Positions 1 through 13,204 of a stretch of DNA of 64,000 nt are shown in pieces; positions within the stretch are counted from its first letter, which is position 1; each line of letters opens with the position of its first letter. Source of the DNA: Octopus vulgaris (taxonomy: Eukaryota); NCBI GenBank assembly GCA_951406725.2, contig OX597837.1, positions 1,302,001 to 1,366,000 on the forward strand. The letters are read 5' to 3'. The notes under the pieces are model-generated. The model made no database searches and was not told the DNA's origin. It was given only the letters and a program-made list of their open reading frames with translations. The position numbers and the translations under genes are program-made.

Positions 1-41
1 GTATCTTTTTATATCAAATATTTAATGCTGGTTCCTTACCT

Positions 42-76
<35 letters not shown>

Positions 77-214
77 CCTCCCTCCACCACCCACACACCG
101 ACTCGCTTGATGGCTTTAAAACTCCCCACACCCCGCCACACAACCTCACACATTGATGCAGAAACGGAAACATGCATACAAACATGCACGTGCGTTAATA
201 CAATCACAGACAAA

Positions 215-308
<94 letters not shown>

Positions 309-360
309 CCTCTGTATGCACAAGTATAAACAGACAGACCCAGCGACAAACATATACATA

Positions 361-522
361 GGTGCAGGCGTGGTAAGAAGCTTGCTTCTGAACCATTTGA
401 TCCTGGGTTCAGTCGCACCGCGTGGCACCTTGGCCAAGTGTCTTCAGCTATAGCCTCGGTCAACCCAAAGCCTTGTGAGTGAATTTGGTAGACGGAACCT
501 GAAAGAAGCCCGTCATATATAG

Positions 523-577
<55 letters not shown>

Positions 578-752
578 TCTCCCCACTTGACATCGGATGT
601 TGGTGTGTTTACGGACCCGTAATTTGGCGGTTCGGCAAAGAAGACCGATAAAATAAGTATTAGGCTTATTAAAAAAGGTCCTGGGGTCGATTTGTTCGAC
701 TAAAGGCGGTGCTCCAGCAAGACCACAGTCACATAACTGAAACAAGGATAAA
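361..752 (+). mobile_element. tRNA-derived CORE-type SINE, family A (Octopus OR-like), near full length
   Basis: Head GGCGTGGTAAGAAGCTTGC with B-box-like GGGTTCAGTC, CORE-like GGCACCTTGGCCAAGTG, internal (TG)n, tail ...GACTGAAACAAG; more than 12 homologous copies in the window. Confidence 0.9.
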
Positions 753-903
753 GGTATACGTACTTCTATGTTCATGCAATATACACACACGTACCTAGAC
801 ATTTTCAGACACACTTCGAGACGACCAATGCCAGTTACGAAGTTCAGACCCCTGCTCACATATACGCATTCTTACTTACCTCCCAAACACCTATACAGAT
901 AAC

Positions 904-1245
904 TATGTGGTAAGAAGCTTGCTCTCCAACCACTTTGTTCCGAGTTCAGTCCTACTGCATGGCACCTTGGGCAAGTGTCTTCTACAATATCCTCAAACCG
1001 ACCAAATCCTCGTAATTGAATTTGGTAGACGGAAACTGAAAGAAACCTTTCGTATGTGTGTGTGTATTTGTTCTCATTGACAATCGCTGTTAGTCTATTT
1101 ACGTCTCCCTAACTGAGCAGTTTAGCAAAAGATACCGTTGGAATATGTTGCATGCTTCGTTAAAAAGAAGTACTTGAGTTAATTCATTGAACTAAAACCG
1201 TTGTTGGTATGTTTGCGTTCCCGTAAGTTAGCAGTTCGGCAAAAG
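904..1245 (+). mobile_element. SINE family A, diverged copy
   Basis: GTGGTAAGAAGCTTGC...GGCACCTTGGGCAAGTGTCTTCTAC...GGTAGACGGAAACTGAAAGAA. Confidence 0.85.
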
Positions 1246-1289
1246 CGATATACTCTTATATAACTAATCAAACACATACATGATCATTC

Positions 1290-1400
1290 GTATTCTTGCA
1301 TGCCAGTCGATTAGATGGACCCCAGTACGCAACAGGTACTTAATTTATCGACCTCGAAAGGACGAAAGGCAACGTCCACCTCGGCGGCATTTGAACTCAA
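1290..1400 (-). mobile_element. SINE family C (OK-like) fragment
   Basis: Reverse complement of GAGTTCAAATGCCGCCGAGG...GTCGATAAATTAAGTACC, shared with 4036-4232 and 10950-11178. Confidence 0.8.
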
Positions 1401-1469
1401 AACACAACATATATAGTCAACCAGTCACACACCAACCTTCAGTTACAGGAGACGACAAAGGTGTCTTTA

Positions 1470-1670
1470 CATGGTCAGTCAGCATAATATGCTAGAAATA
1501 ACAGTCACATCGTACTCATCTCATCCCTTGCCCTGGTATCTTAAAAGCTGGAGGAACGTGCTAGACAATGTAGTTCTTGATTGACTAAGCTCAATAAAAT
1601 ATGGGATATCGATGAATGGAATGTCTTTGATCATAAGACACCGATCAACATCGAACGAGCTTTAAACAAC
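1470..1670 (-). repeat. Dispersed repeat family D (GCTATTTCTAGCA core; unclassified, SINE-like)
   Basis: TGCTAGAAATAACAG...GGAATGTCTTTGATCATA is the reverse complement of copies near 12095, 24835, 44670 and 55955. Confidence 0.65.
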
Positions 1671-2023
1671 AGCAACAACGATCAACAGACACACGCAAGT
1701 ACTAAGACACACATATATAGAGACACACACTCACATACAATGTCTATGCATACATACACACACATAACGATACATATACCTACCTACCTACATACATACA
1801 TGTATATATGTAGAAACATATATACATATATGCATACTTATATACACATACACACTCACATATATATATTTATACATATATATATATATACTTACATATA
1901 CATATATATATTTATACATACATATTATATATTTATACATATATATATATTTTTTTTTTATATATATATATATTTATACATACATATACATATATATATT
2001 TATACATATATTTATATACATAC

Positions 2024-2086
<63 letters not shown>

Positions 2087-2255
2087 TGTGCACTCGTATC
2101 CATTCACATAACCATGCACGCGCAGCCACATAGGCAGTGTGGCATCTCAGGTATTTCACCATAAAACTGTATCCTCTTCCCTTTCCGCCTTACCCTCCCA
2201 CTACAGTCATTCACATGGAACTCTCCTCTCCCTCTTTCACCAATCCGTCTCTTCC

Positions 2256-2711
2256 CACCACCACCACCATTGTTATTGTTGTTGTTGTTGATCACGCTAA
2301 CAGATGGCAAATCGGTGCAACTTCTGGAATGTTGCTGTTTCATCTCTTCATCATCTCTTGTGCGTCTCCGCCACCACCGCGCCACCACTGCACCACCACC
2401 ACCATCACCACCATTACTACCATTTCCAGTACCTCAAAAACAAGCATAACACCGCCACCACCAACACCTCAACCACCGCCGTCGCCGCCCTTACCATTTC
2501 CTATACCACCGAGACAAAGACAACGCAACACAAATACACCACCACCGCCACCACCACCATCACTGCAACCATTTACAGTGTTACCAACACAATCATAGCA
2601 CCCACCATCTCCACAATCATTACGCCAGCAACCCCACCATGGCCACCACCACAACCAACACCATCAACACCACCATCTCTTTGTGTCCACATCTTCATTC
2701 ATATTCTCTTT

Positions 2712-2753
<42 letters not shown>
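2256..2753. repeat. Degenerate (CAC/ACC)n low-complexity tract ending in (TAC)n
   Basis: Seen directly; source of the poly-Pro/Thr/His ORFs. Confidence 0.9.
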
Positions 2754-2755
<2 letters not shown>

Positions 2756-3474
2756 TCTCTCGTGTTATTTGCTTCCCTGTTTCTTTGTCCCCTTTTCTAT
2801 TCTTTCTTTTCATCCTTCTTCATCATCTCCGTCCTCTTCATCCGTTTATGATCCTTTGTATACGTGGTTGGTCCAAGAGCAGAAATTAATGACTCTCGTC
2901 TCCAGACACCGGGTTTAAGTCACACTTTATTTGCCCTCCCTCTCTAGCTCCATCCCACCCTTTCTTTCTACCTGTTCGGCATGAGTGAATTTTTGGTGAC
3001 ATCATCTTCACAGTCGTTGCAGGTACTTCAGTGCCAAGCACATGGCAACAAAACGGTGATCCAGTGCAAGAAGGCCTTCATATTAAATCCGTAAAAGATT
3101 ATTTCAGCATCAAACAAACCTGGAGAGATGAATGAGGGGAGCACCTTCCCAATGGCGGGGCTTACTGAAGCAGCAACCAGTTTTATTGCACAACCCATTG
3201 GTTCCAAACTATATTTTGGAGGTGGAATCTTTATGCGATTTTTCGAAAATTACCGAAGATAGCTGTAGATTAAGGATAAACCCATTGTTCCTCATTTATA
3301 AATCTCATGGGAGATATTCATCAACAGTACTTTGGAGTAAAGATTATTTTCCAATAAGTCAGGACTGCCATGTTCTGTTGGCAAATATATTTACCACTGT
3401 TCCTCGTTATCGAAATTTTGATAAAACATTCAATGAAGCAAAACATATTAATTCAGAACAGAAAAGTTGTAGGG

Positions 3475-3725
3475 ACATTGCAAAATGGTTTGGGTGTTGG
3501 ATTTACTGTCTCAAGGTCCTGATTTTGACTCCCAAATCGGCAGTGCGCAGTGTTCTTGATCAAAATGCTTCATTCCACTTAGCTGTATATGGATAACCCT
3601 GCGCCAGACTGGCGTTTCGTTCAGGGCGGGTGCAATGTTGGCATATCCGCCTAGCCAACAGAGGGGTATTATTCGAAATGCTATAATGTACATTGTGACC
3701 AGCAGTGTATAAGAACAGCTGATAC
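3475..3725 (+). mobile_element. tRNA-derived SINE family B, old diverged copy
   Basis: Degenerate head and GTGTTCTTGATCAAAATGCTTCATTCCAC core similar to 22678 and 28139. Confidence 0.55.
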
Positions 3726-4035
3726 TCTGCCAATACAGTTATGTGTGTGTGTATTTATATTACTTATATGTGTACATGCGCGCACGCGCATATATTAAAG
3801 AAATAGATATATATTATTGTGCATTGTGTTAATAATGTGTAGGCCCGGAACCCTCATTTCAAACACCGGGACTGCCCACCACAGGACTTAATTTGATGAA
3901 AAAGAAAAAGGAAGGTGTTTTGTTTATGACATGTTTAGCCTCAATTTATATTTTCTCAAAATCTGCATTAAAAAGTGAACTTCCGCTGAAACGGGAAGGC
4001 GTTTGTCTTGCTCTGCAATGCTTGCGACAGAAATG

Positions 4036-4232
4036 CGGCGAAGTGGCAGAAACGTTAGCACGCCGGGCTTAGCGGTATTTCGTCTGTCTTTACGTTCTAA
4101 GTTCAAATTCCGCCGAGGTCGACTTTGCCTTTCATCTTTTCGGGTTCGATAAATTAAGTACCAGTTGCGTACTGGGGTCGATCTAATCGACTGGCCCCTT
4201 CCGCAAGAATTTCGGGCCTTGTGCCTAGAGTA
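4036..4232 (+). mobile_element. tRNA-derived SINE family C (Octopus OK-like)
   Basis: GGCAGAAACGTTAGCACGCCGGGC...GTTCAAATTCCGCCGAGGTCGACTTTGCCTTTCATC...GATAAATTAAGTACCAGT; A/B-box-like head. Confidence 0.9.
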
Positions 4233-4447
4233 GTTCTAACATTAACCCTTTCGGTTCTTTCTTTTACGGTGCTTCGTGCTGTTAAAACACAAACCAATAA
4301 CATTTATGCCAGATTTTCAAAAATAATTACTAATCCCCTTCAAATAAACTTCGATCAACTAAACCCCTTCAACGTTGTGTCTTTGCATGGCTGCTGTCCA
4401 ATGACTGGAATCAGTAAAAGCGTCACAGAGCATGTCCATACGCCGTT

Positions 4448-4672
4448 TTATTCTTTCATTCTTTTACTTGTTTCAGTCATTTGAGTGCGACCATGCTGGA
4501 GTACCACCTAGAAGGGTTTTAGTCTAACGAATCGACCCCAGGATTTAATATATTAAAGCCTACTGCATATTCTATCGGTCTCGTTTGTCGAACCGCTAGG
4601 TTATGGGAACGTAAACACACCGACATTTGTTGTCAAGTGGGAATGGGGGACAAACACAGATATAAAGAGACA
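4448..4672 (-). mobile_element. SINE family A, 3' half
   Basis: TTACTTGTTTCAGTCATT...CCATGCTGGAG...TCGACCCCAGGA...GAACCGCTAG. Confidence 0.85.
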
Positions 4673-4919
4673 CACAAAACTTCTTTTTTGTTTCTTGCTT
4701 GATCTTCAAAAGTTACCATATTCCAAGATTTATAGAAACAGTACCAAGCTGGAATTCGAAATAGGAACCCTTTATCTTTATCTAAAACAAGAGTAATAAT
4801 GCTCTTATCTACAGGACCACTGCTGCTTATATCGGATCAAAAGTATGCGTAGAATGCTTAGGTGGGGTGTACATATCGAGGGATATAATCCCTGATCATG
4901 AAAGGAAACAAGACGTCTA

Positions 4920-5090
4920 TAAGGGTGTCATTGGATTAGTAAATCTCGAAAAGATGAGATTGTTTGGTCACATAATAATGTGAGTCAAGGAATATTATGA
5001 AGCGAGTCCAGGAATATCAGGAGAATGACGACAGTGATATTTAAATTAAAAATGAAATTAATTAAAAACAGAACGTTGGTGATGCAGAAG
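4920..5090 (+). mobile_element. RTE-like LINE C-terminal relic
   Basis: AAGATGAGATTGTTTGGTCACATAATA translates to KMRLFGHII, matching the RLxWxGHxxR motif that follows RT in RTE-clade ORFs; stops and frameshifts present. Confidence 0.5.
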
Positions 5091-5240
5091 AGAGGGAATC
5101 TCATATCTTTGTATAAGGGAGACAATTGTGCATGGGTTTCAGGTTTATTTGTTCTCATTAGCGAGGAATAGTTTTAGTCTTTATCAGTACAGTCACAGAA
5201 ATGATTTCGTTCATTCAGACATAAAAAGACCACACACACA

Positions 5241-5280
<40 letters not shown>

Positions 5281-5383
5281 TACAATCTCAGACACACACA
5301 TATGTACATGATATATTTAACTGTATATAAAATGAAAATGTGTTATGCATATCTGTATTTAAAAGTGTGTGTGATTATATATA

Positions 5384-5670
5384 TACTTATTCTATCGGTC
5401 TCTTTTGTTGAACCGCTAAGTTACGGGAACGTAAATACACCAACACCGGTTGTCAAACGGTGGTGGGGGATAAACACAAAGACTCATATCCCTACACACA
5501 CCACACACACACATACACGACGGGCTTCTTTCAGTTTCCGTTTGCCAATTCCACTCACCAGGCATTGACCGGCTCGAGGGTGTAGTAGCCCAAGGTGCCA
5601 CGCTATGGGACTGAACTTGGAACCATGTGGTTGGGAAGCAAACATTTTAGCAAACAGCCACGCCTAAGCC
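5384..5670 (-). mobile_element. SINE family A
   Basis: Reverse complement of the family A head, CORE and middle region. Confidence 0.9.
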
Positions 5671-5678
5671 TTTTATGC

Positions 5679-5736
<58 letters not shown>

Positions 5737-6097
5737 AAGCAGATATTTATTTATCATTTATATATGTATAAACATATCTGTGTCACCCAATACACACACA
5801 CATATGTACAGTTTAGTTGGTCATCATTGGAATGTCTTTGAATATAGATATGCTTCATGAACGCTGCCCTGGAGCTACACAACGCTATACCAACAACAGC
5901 AACAGCACTCATATTTAAATTACCACAATCACCTCCACCCACCCCACTTTTAACTCCCTCCCCTGCCAACCAGTTGTCGACATGTTTTCCATCTGAGGTC
6001 ACCATTTAGACAATTCACAGTAAATTTACACTCGGATATTAATGGCGTTGGTGCACATTACAGCAAACACCACACGTTTCTGCCTCCTCTTTTCCTT

Positions 6098-6137
<40 letters not shown>

Positions 6138-6208
6138 TTTCTCTCTCTCTCTAACGTCTTATTTCACTCTCCTCATGTGTTAGTTCCTATTATTTTGTTC
6201 TTACATTT

Positions 6209-6278
<70 letters not shown>

Positions 6279-6453
6279 TCTGCTCTTTCTTTACCAATAT
6301 ACCTATCGCTCTCTGTTTGAACGTCTCTTTCTGATTGTGTTATTCTTGTTTACTATGGATATCTTCTCTTCTCTCTATTATAATCTATCTATCTGTTTAT
6401 TTATCTAACCAAACCTGTGTCTGTCTACGTCTTTATTCAACTTTATCTACCTC

Positions 6454-6524
<71 letters not shown>

Positions 6525-6773
6525 GCTCTCTGTCTCTTTCTCTCCCTCTCTCATATATATACATTCATATATATATATATATATATACATACACACATGC
6601 GCATACACTCATACATACACACACAAACACGCACGCGCGTGCGCGCCTCTTTCTTTGTACCTAAACCCTTCAGCCCCAGACCATGTTCCTGCTATCTAGC
6701 AGGTGCTGGAATCGGTAGAGATTATATGGAGATTATTCCGAGGAGACGGTTTGGTGGTAGGAAAGGAGATATA

Positions 6774-6818
<45 letters not shown>

Positions 6819-6951
6819 TAACAACGGTTTTGCGTACGGACCTTGTCACATTAGTAAGTTGTTTATAATAATATCACCACCACCACCACCATGATATTCC
6901 ACCTTCAGTCACTGCCACTACTATTATGCATATTAACACGATCAACACTCC

Positions 6952-6990
6952 TCCTCCTCCCCTCTCCTCCTCCTCCTCCTCCTCCTCCTC

Positions 6991-7072
<82 letters not shown>

Positions 7073-7080
7073 TACTACTG
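6952..7080. repeat. Compound (CCT)n(ACT)n microsatellite
   Basis: Seen directly. Confidence 0.95.
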
Positions 7081-7189
7081 CCATTTCCACCGCCGCCGCC
7101 ACCTCTGCTACCACTATTACCATCGTCTTCATCCTGATCTTTTCCTGGGGCTAAACAACACAATGTGTCTCCGAGTCAAATATAGGATT

Positions 7190-7390
7190 GCTTGACCTGC
7201 TCGACACCAGAGCCAAATGCTTCTGCAAATCAGATAGCACTGCGTCTTCATTTCGAAGGAAAAGTTCATTGGACAATGGAGTCCAAAATACACTGGGTTG
7301 GTGAGAGAAAAACACATCCTTAAGAATATAGACGTGCTGGATGGAATGGCTTGGATCATGTTCTGGGTAGAGTTTGATTCCAGGATAATC
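7190..7390 (-). repeat. Family D dispersed repeat, degenerate
   Basis: CTTGACCTGCTCGAC...GCCAAAT...GGAATGGCTTGGATCAT similar to other D copies. Confidence 0.5.
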
Positions 7391-7762
7391 GCTATCGAAA
7401 GAAAAAAGGCGGAGTGGGGTAGGGTAGGGTGTGGTGGAGGCTGATAAATTGCCATATTTTATATAAAATTGATATTGTTCATCATGAAGTTTAAAGAAAG
7501 AGGAAATTACATTGATGCAAATCTATCTCTTCATTAAAAGAAAGCGTACGGGGTGGGGAGCGGGTGATTTCACCTGTTTGTGGATTTATAATTAGACAAA
7601 CTGGCAAGACATGCAAAGAAAGGCGGCTCTGATCTCTTCACCGATTCCAGAGACAGGATCGGGAAATGAGTCTGAAATAAACTAGCCTTAGTATAAGTGG
7701 TAGTGTTCCAGCTTGGCCGCAACCTGTGACTGAAATCGAAAAACAGAACGTAATAGGAGTAG

Positions 7763-8190
7763 AGTCGCAGATGTGGCCGTGTGGTAAGAAGCTTGCTTCC
7801 CAAACACATGGTTCTGGGTTCAGTCCCACAGATTGGCTTCTTGGGAAAATATCTTCTACTTCAGCTTCGGGCTGAACAAAGCATTTTCAGTGGATTTCTA
7901 AGACGGAAACTAAAAGAAGCTCGTCGAATACATGCATACATATGAGTATGTGTGCTTGTGGGTGCGTGCGTGTATGTGTGTGTGTGTTTGTCCCCCACTA
8001 CATCTTGACAACCGGAGCTGGTTTGTTTGCGTCTCTGTAAGCTAGCGGTTCAGCAAAATGTAATAAGACCAATAGTATAAATACCTGGTTTAAATATATT
8101 TGTGTTAGAGTCAATTTGTTTGAGTAAAACACTTCGAGGCCGTGCTCCAGCCTGGCCGCAGCTTAGCACCTTAAATAAAAGAAACAAATT
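7763..8190 (+). mobile_element. SINE family A, full-length diverged copy
   Basis: GTGGCCGTGTGGTAAGAAGCTTGCTTCCCAAACACATGGTTCTGGGTTCAGTCCCAC...(TG)n...GTGCTCCAGCCTGGCCGCAG. Confidence 0.9.
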
Positions 8191-8570
8191 ACGATATACA
8201 GCTAGATAAATGCACACACACGCACACACACACACGCACACACACACGCACACACATCTACACAGAATTTATCGTATTGAAGGGTTAATATTTGCCAATT
8301 TGATTACACCTGACGTAGGGTCTCCCTCAACGGCTTGTTCATTGGTGTTGTTGTTGGTGGCGATGTTTTGGTCAGTGTGCAAGACAGAGTACAGCTTCAC
8401 AGATGCCTGACATCCACTGAACGTTCGCTTGCTTTATTAAAAGATGACGGCTTTGATCTCTGCTGCCTCTTCTTCTCCTTCTTCTTCTCTTTCTTTCTTT
8501 TTCCTTTTTTCTGGAGGCGGCAGATCAAGTGGCCACATGTTCTCTTTGCAGAAGCCAGATTGATCCACAT

Positions 8571-8776
<206 letters not shown>

Positions 8777-8898
8777 GGAAGGAAGTAGTGTGCTCATAAT
8801 TCTTATATTTTGTGTGGTCCAGTATATATATATATATGGGTTTGCGCGTGTAAATATATGTATATATGTATGTGTGTGCGTATGTGTTTGTTTGTGTG

Positions 8899-8946
<48 letters not shown>

Positions 8947-9236
8947 TTGACCCTGGTCCGTTCGGGAGGGATTATTGTCCATGTTGTTGATCTTGCTATT
9001 TAACTTGGGACGACTAAGTAGGAAGAACAGCAGTAACAACAACAAAAACATTGCTTCTGCCGCCTCCGCCACCCCCACCACCCAAATTACTACTCCTCTT
9101 ACAACACATGCTTTGCCTTCATTATGATTTCGCTCACAAAAAATCAAAACAGAAGAGGAAGGAAGGAATAAAGGAAGACAGAAAGGAAGGAAGAAAGGAA
9201 GAAAGGAAGAAAGTAAGGAAGAAAGTAAGAAAGAAA

Positions 9237-9278
<42 letters not shown>

Positions 9279-9389
9279 ATGCACGCACATGCACCGAAAG
9301 ATACTTTGGTAAGAGTGAGTGAGTATGTGGTCAGGGGAAAGTCAGGCAGATGGTCTCTTGCGTAAAGATGCGTTTCGGTCAAAAATTGG

Positions 9390-9578
9390 CCCAGGCCATG
9401 TTTAACTTAATAGGACCACCTGATAAGATCTGTTATGTCATTTTAAAGTTTTGTGGTATCAGGTGCCATTCAGGTATGGAGTTGTTGTTGATTCAAATAT
9501 ATCCAGGTGTAGGTGGCTTATTTGGTATCCATTGAAGAAATTTGCCCAGTTTTCGTTTGAAGGTGATGGGATCTTTTT
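9390..9578 (-). mobile_element. CR1/L2-group LINE 3' end (pseudogenised)
   Basis: Minus strand translates PITFKRKLGKFLQWIPNKPPTPGYI*INNNSIPEW, the typical FKxxLDxFLxxIPDxP..PGY...NS C-terminus of invertebrate CR1-group ORF2. Confidence 0.7.
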
Positions 9579-9857
9579 AATTAGATTTTTTTTTTTGGGT
9601 GGGTGGGTGGGGGGGGGGGGGGGGTAATGTTTAAAAGAGGAAAATACTTTGTGTTGCAGTGAATTTAGGTTTTGTGACCCAGAAATGTGTCGAGGACGTA
9701 TGACACGTGATCCCCAGCCTTGGAGAAATTCTGAATCTGGTGTTAAGGTTGTTTCAACAATGTTGATGCTTTATTTCCACAATTTCCAGAGTAAAACGTG
9801 GCAAGATTTGAACCCAGATGTAAAGAACCGGAGCAAATTCTACAAGGTACTTTAATC

Positions 9858-10135
9858 ACAAGGCTTGAAATTTAGACGGGGGAGGCGTTTGGAGAATCAA
9901 ACCGACCCCAGTATTTGATTGGTGTATTACATTTTATCGACCCGGGAATAATTCTAATTCTAACAACAATTTTGAGGAGAAGGTGAAACTCAATTACCGA
10001 CCCTAGCACTTCACTGTATTTTATCGACCCCGAAAGGATGAAAGGCAAAATTAACCACGACTCTATTTGAGCTCAGAACGTAAATAATTGGGAGGAAATG
10101 TGCTAAACATTTCGTGCGAGGTGCTAACGAGTCTA
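9858..10135 (-). mobile_element. SINE family C, rearranged fragments
   Basis: TTTATCGACCCCGAAAGGATGAAAGGCAAA...GAGCTCAGAACGTAAA...GTGCTAACG. Confidence 0.75.
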
Positions 10136-10273
10136 CGTGCTCAGCAAGGCCTCGACGAGATTTGAAATTAGTACGCAAAACACCGACAAATTCGATCCCT
10201 GATTGCGAGTAACCATCTCTATTCCAGTCCAGGACTCCATCATATAATCTGAAGTTCTTGTTAAATTCTTTCC

Positions 10274-10438
10274 GGCTGTGTGGTAAGTAGCTTGCTTACA
10301 AACCACATGGTTACAGGTTCAGTCCCACTGTGTGGCACCTTGGGCAATTGTCTTCTACTATAGCCTCGGGCCGACCAAAGCCTTGTGAGTGGATTTGGTA
10401 AACGGAAACTGAAAGAAGCTTGTCGTATATATGTGTAT

Positions 10439-10490
<52 letters not shown>

Positions 10491-10692
10491 ATGTATGTGT
10501 GTTTGTGTGTCAGTGTTTGTCCCCCCAACATCGCTTGACAATTGGTGCTGGTGTGTTTACGTCCCCGTAACTTAGCAGTTCGGCAAGAGACCGATAGAAT
10601 AAGTACTAGGCTTACAAGGAATAAGTTCTGGGGTCGATTTGCTCGACCACAGTCGAATGGCCACAGTCAAATGACTGAAACAAGTCAAAGAG
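10274..10692 (+). mobile_element. SINE family A, young near-consensus copy
   Basis: GGCTGTGTGGTAAGTAGCTTGC...GGTTCAGTCCCAC...GGCACCTTGGGCAA...(TG)n...ATGACTGAAACAAG. Confidence 0.92.
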
Positions 10693-10949
10693 TAACCTCT
10701 AGAATTTTCTGAAATAGTCACCGGAATATTCTCAGATTTTCTACGTCGGTGACCACAATCCCGTTAACTTCCTCAGCATTTAAAACTGTCAAACTACATT
10801 TGAAAAAAGTAATCTGGTGAAACATTTAAATAATTCAAGTAGTTGAAGGAAATTTAACAAGGTCCTCCTATTGTGGTATTTTCCCTTTGTTAATGACTGT
10901 GAATAGGAAAATAGCAGAACTGCTGCCGCGCCGGAACAAAATGCCTAAC

Positions 10950-11178
10950 GGCGAGCTGGCAGAAACGTTAGCACGGCCGGGCGAAATGCGTAGCCGTATT
11001 TCCTCTGCCGTTACGTTCTGAGTTCAAATTCCGCCGAGGTCGACTTTGCCTTTCATCCTTTCGAGGTCGATAAATTTAGTACCAGTTACACACTAGGGTC
11101 GATATAATCGACTTAATCCGTTTGTCTGTCCTTGTTTGTCCTCTCTGTGTTTGGCCCCTTGTGGGTAGTAAAGAAATA
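10950..11178 (+). mobile_element. SINE family C, young copy nested in an older C copy (about 10912-11345)
   Basis: GGCGAGCTGGCAGAAACGTTAGCAC...TAAAGAAATA; the flanks join into a second, older C copy. Confidence 0.88.
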
Positions 11179-12094
11179 GGTATTTCGTCCGTCTTTACAT
11201 TCTGAGTTCAAATGCCGTCGCGGTCGACTTTACCTTTTTACTCTCGGAGCCGAAAAGATAAGTACCAGTTAAGCACTGGGGTCGAGGTGATCGACTTACA
11301 CATCCTCTCTCGAAACTGCTGGCTTTGTGCCAAAGTTTGAAACCAAAAGCAATAGATTAGGATGTAATTTGCAGAGTTGGCTGCTATTTCTAGCATGTTT
11401 TTTTTACTGCGTACAGACTCCCACCTCGTTATACCGCTCGCCTTCACCGGCGTCCATTTTTGTTGGCCCTTTAAAATATTTCCAAGATTTTCTGTTTCGT
11501 TTATTTATTTAGGGACCATTGGAGATAGTTTTGCGTTTTCTTTTTTCTCTCTTTTTTTTTTAGTAGAGAAAGTCTTTCAAGTATTTTTATTATCCAAAAT
11601 CTGGGGTGACGGTTCAATTCCGACGCAGTACAACCACCACCGCTACCTCTATCAATGTATCGTGCGTGAGTGTATATGTGTGTGTACATGTTTTGTCGTT
11701 GTTTTTGTTATGGGTTTTATTTCGTGTTGTTGTTTTTCTCGTTGTTATTGTTGCTAGTGTTGTTTATTTCTTTTAGTTGGGGCGAAGACAAAGGCGGGGT
11801 TGGTTAAGTAGCGACCTGTCAGCTTTTCCCGAGCGTACGTGCGTCTGTGTATGAGCGTGTGTATATATTGGTCGTGCGCAAATGAGTCCGTGTACGTGGC
11901 TGTGTTCATGGGTGTGCGTATGTGCACGTGGATGGTGCCTATTATGTGTTTGTATATATGTGTGTGTGTGTGTTGTTATGATTGTGTTACTTGGGGTTTC
12001 GTATTGTTGTTGTTGTTGTCCTTAAGTAGCAACATGTCATCGGCGTTCGGAATGACTGACGAATGAAAACAATGTTTGTGTTTTGTTTTGCTGT

Positions 12095-12290
12095 TGTTGT
12101 TTAGCCTCGGGTCAGCGTTTATCGAGCAGAACGCATTCCAGCTGTGGCCATCCTCTTATAATTTCATACGTGTCGAAGGGAATACTTGAGGACCACACAC
12201 GGTTCAATGCTTCTTTGAGAACATAGGATGCAATTTGAAGAGGAATTTAGTAGCTATTTCTAACAGGTCAAACAACCACATAGGGCCACT
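12095..12290 (+). repeat. Family D dispersed repeat
   Basis: GTTTAGCCTCGGGTCAGC...ATCGAGCAGA...CATTCCAGCTGTGGCCATCC...GCTATTTCTAACAGGTC. Confidence 0.7.
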
Positions 12291-12509
12291 ATTCGAACAA
12301 ACTTTTGAGTGTGGTGTGAATCCAAACGCGACCATCCTATATTATATTTTCAAACAAGTGTGACTCTGTGGTATGACGTTTGCTGCTCAACTACACGGTT
12401 CTACATTCAGTCCCATATATATATATATATATATATATACATACATGCACACACACACATATATATACACACACAGAGGGAGAGAGAGACGGATAAAGTG
12501 CGTGCGTGC

Positions 12510-12710
12510 GTGTCTATTTTTCCCCTACCACCGCTTGACAACTGGTGCTGGTGTTTGGTTGTGTCCCCCATGACTTAGCAGTTTGACACAAAAAAAGACG
12601 ATGCAATAAATACGAAGCTTAAGAGAAACAAGTACTGGCGTCGATTCGTTCGACTAAAACTCTTCTGTGCGCCAGCATGGCCGCAGTGGTCTGATGACTG
12701 AAACAAATCA
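12510..12710 (+). mobile_element. SINE family A, 3' half
   Basis: ACCACCGCTTGACAACTGGTGCTGG...GTCGATTCGTTCGACTAAA...CAGCATGGCCGCAG...GACTGAAAC. Confidence 0.8.
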
Positions 12711-13204
12711 TAATCTAAATTATCAAAGATGTCCTTCCACTTAATTTTTTTTTTTAAATATTTCAGGATGTGTGATTTAGGTGAAATCTGGCTTCTATTT
12801 CTAGCAAGTCGAGTGACCACATTGAGGGCTGTCAGCTGTCGTAGTGTGGAGATTGTGTTCATGTCAGTGATGAGAATGGGTTGTAAGGGCTAGCGTTAGG
12901 CTATGGCCCTTGAAGTGGAGTTCGGGAAGAATGGGCAAAACTCACCTCCTGAAAAATAGGGTTAACACCGTCTTCATGCATTTCAGCTTCCTACCATTGG
13001 TTGTTACAGTCAGTCCTCAGGTTACCACTGGTTAGGCAGATATATAAAGACGTTCCACCCTTTATTTTAGCGCTATATTGTCCTATGTGTTCTTTATACT
13101 TTGAATATGTTAAGTTGTTAATTCTGAGAGATTTAACTGCTATTTCATGCAGGTTGAGTGAATGCTTATATTTTCTCTGACTGCTATGATGGCATTTCCA
13201 CACC

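Noticed and set aside
361-430. tRNA genes suggested by A/B-box-like motifs in SINE heads
   Set aside because: They are SINE heads that continue into CORE and tail sequence and do not form cloverleaves.
3040-3596. ORF 3132..3596 and a WQQNGDP...KSVKDYF stretch reminiscent of Tc1 transposase
   Set aside because: No other DDE motifs or TIRs were seen, and the ORF end runs into a SINE.
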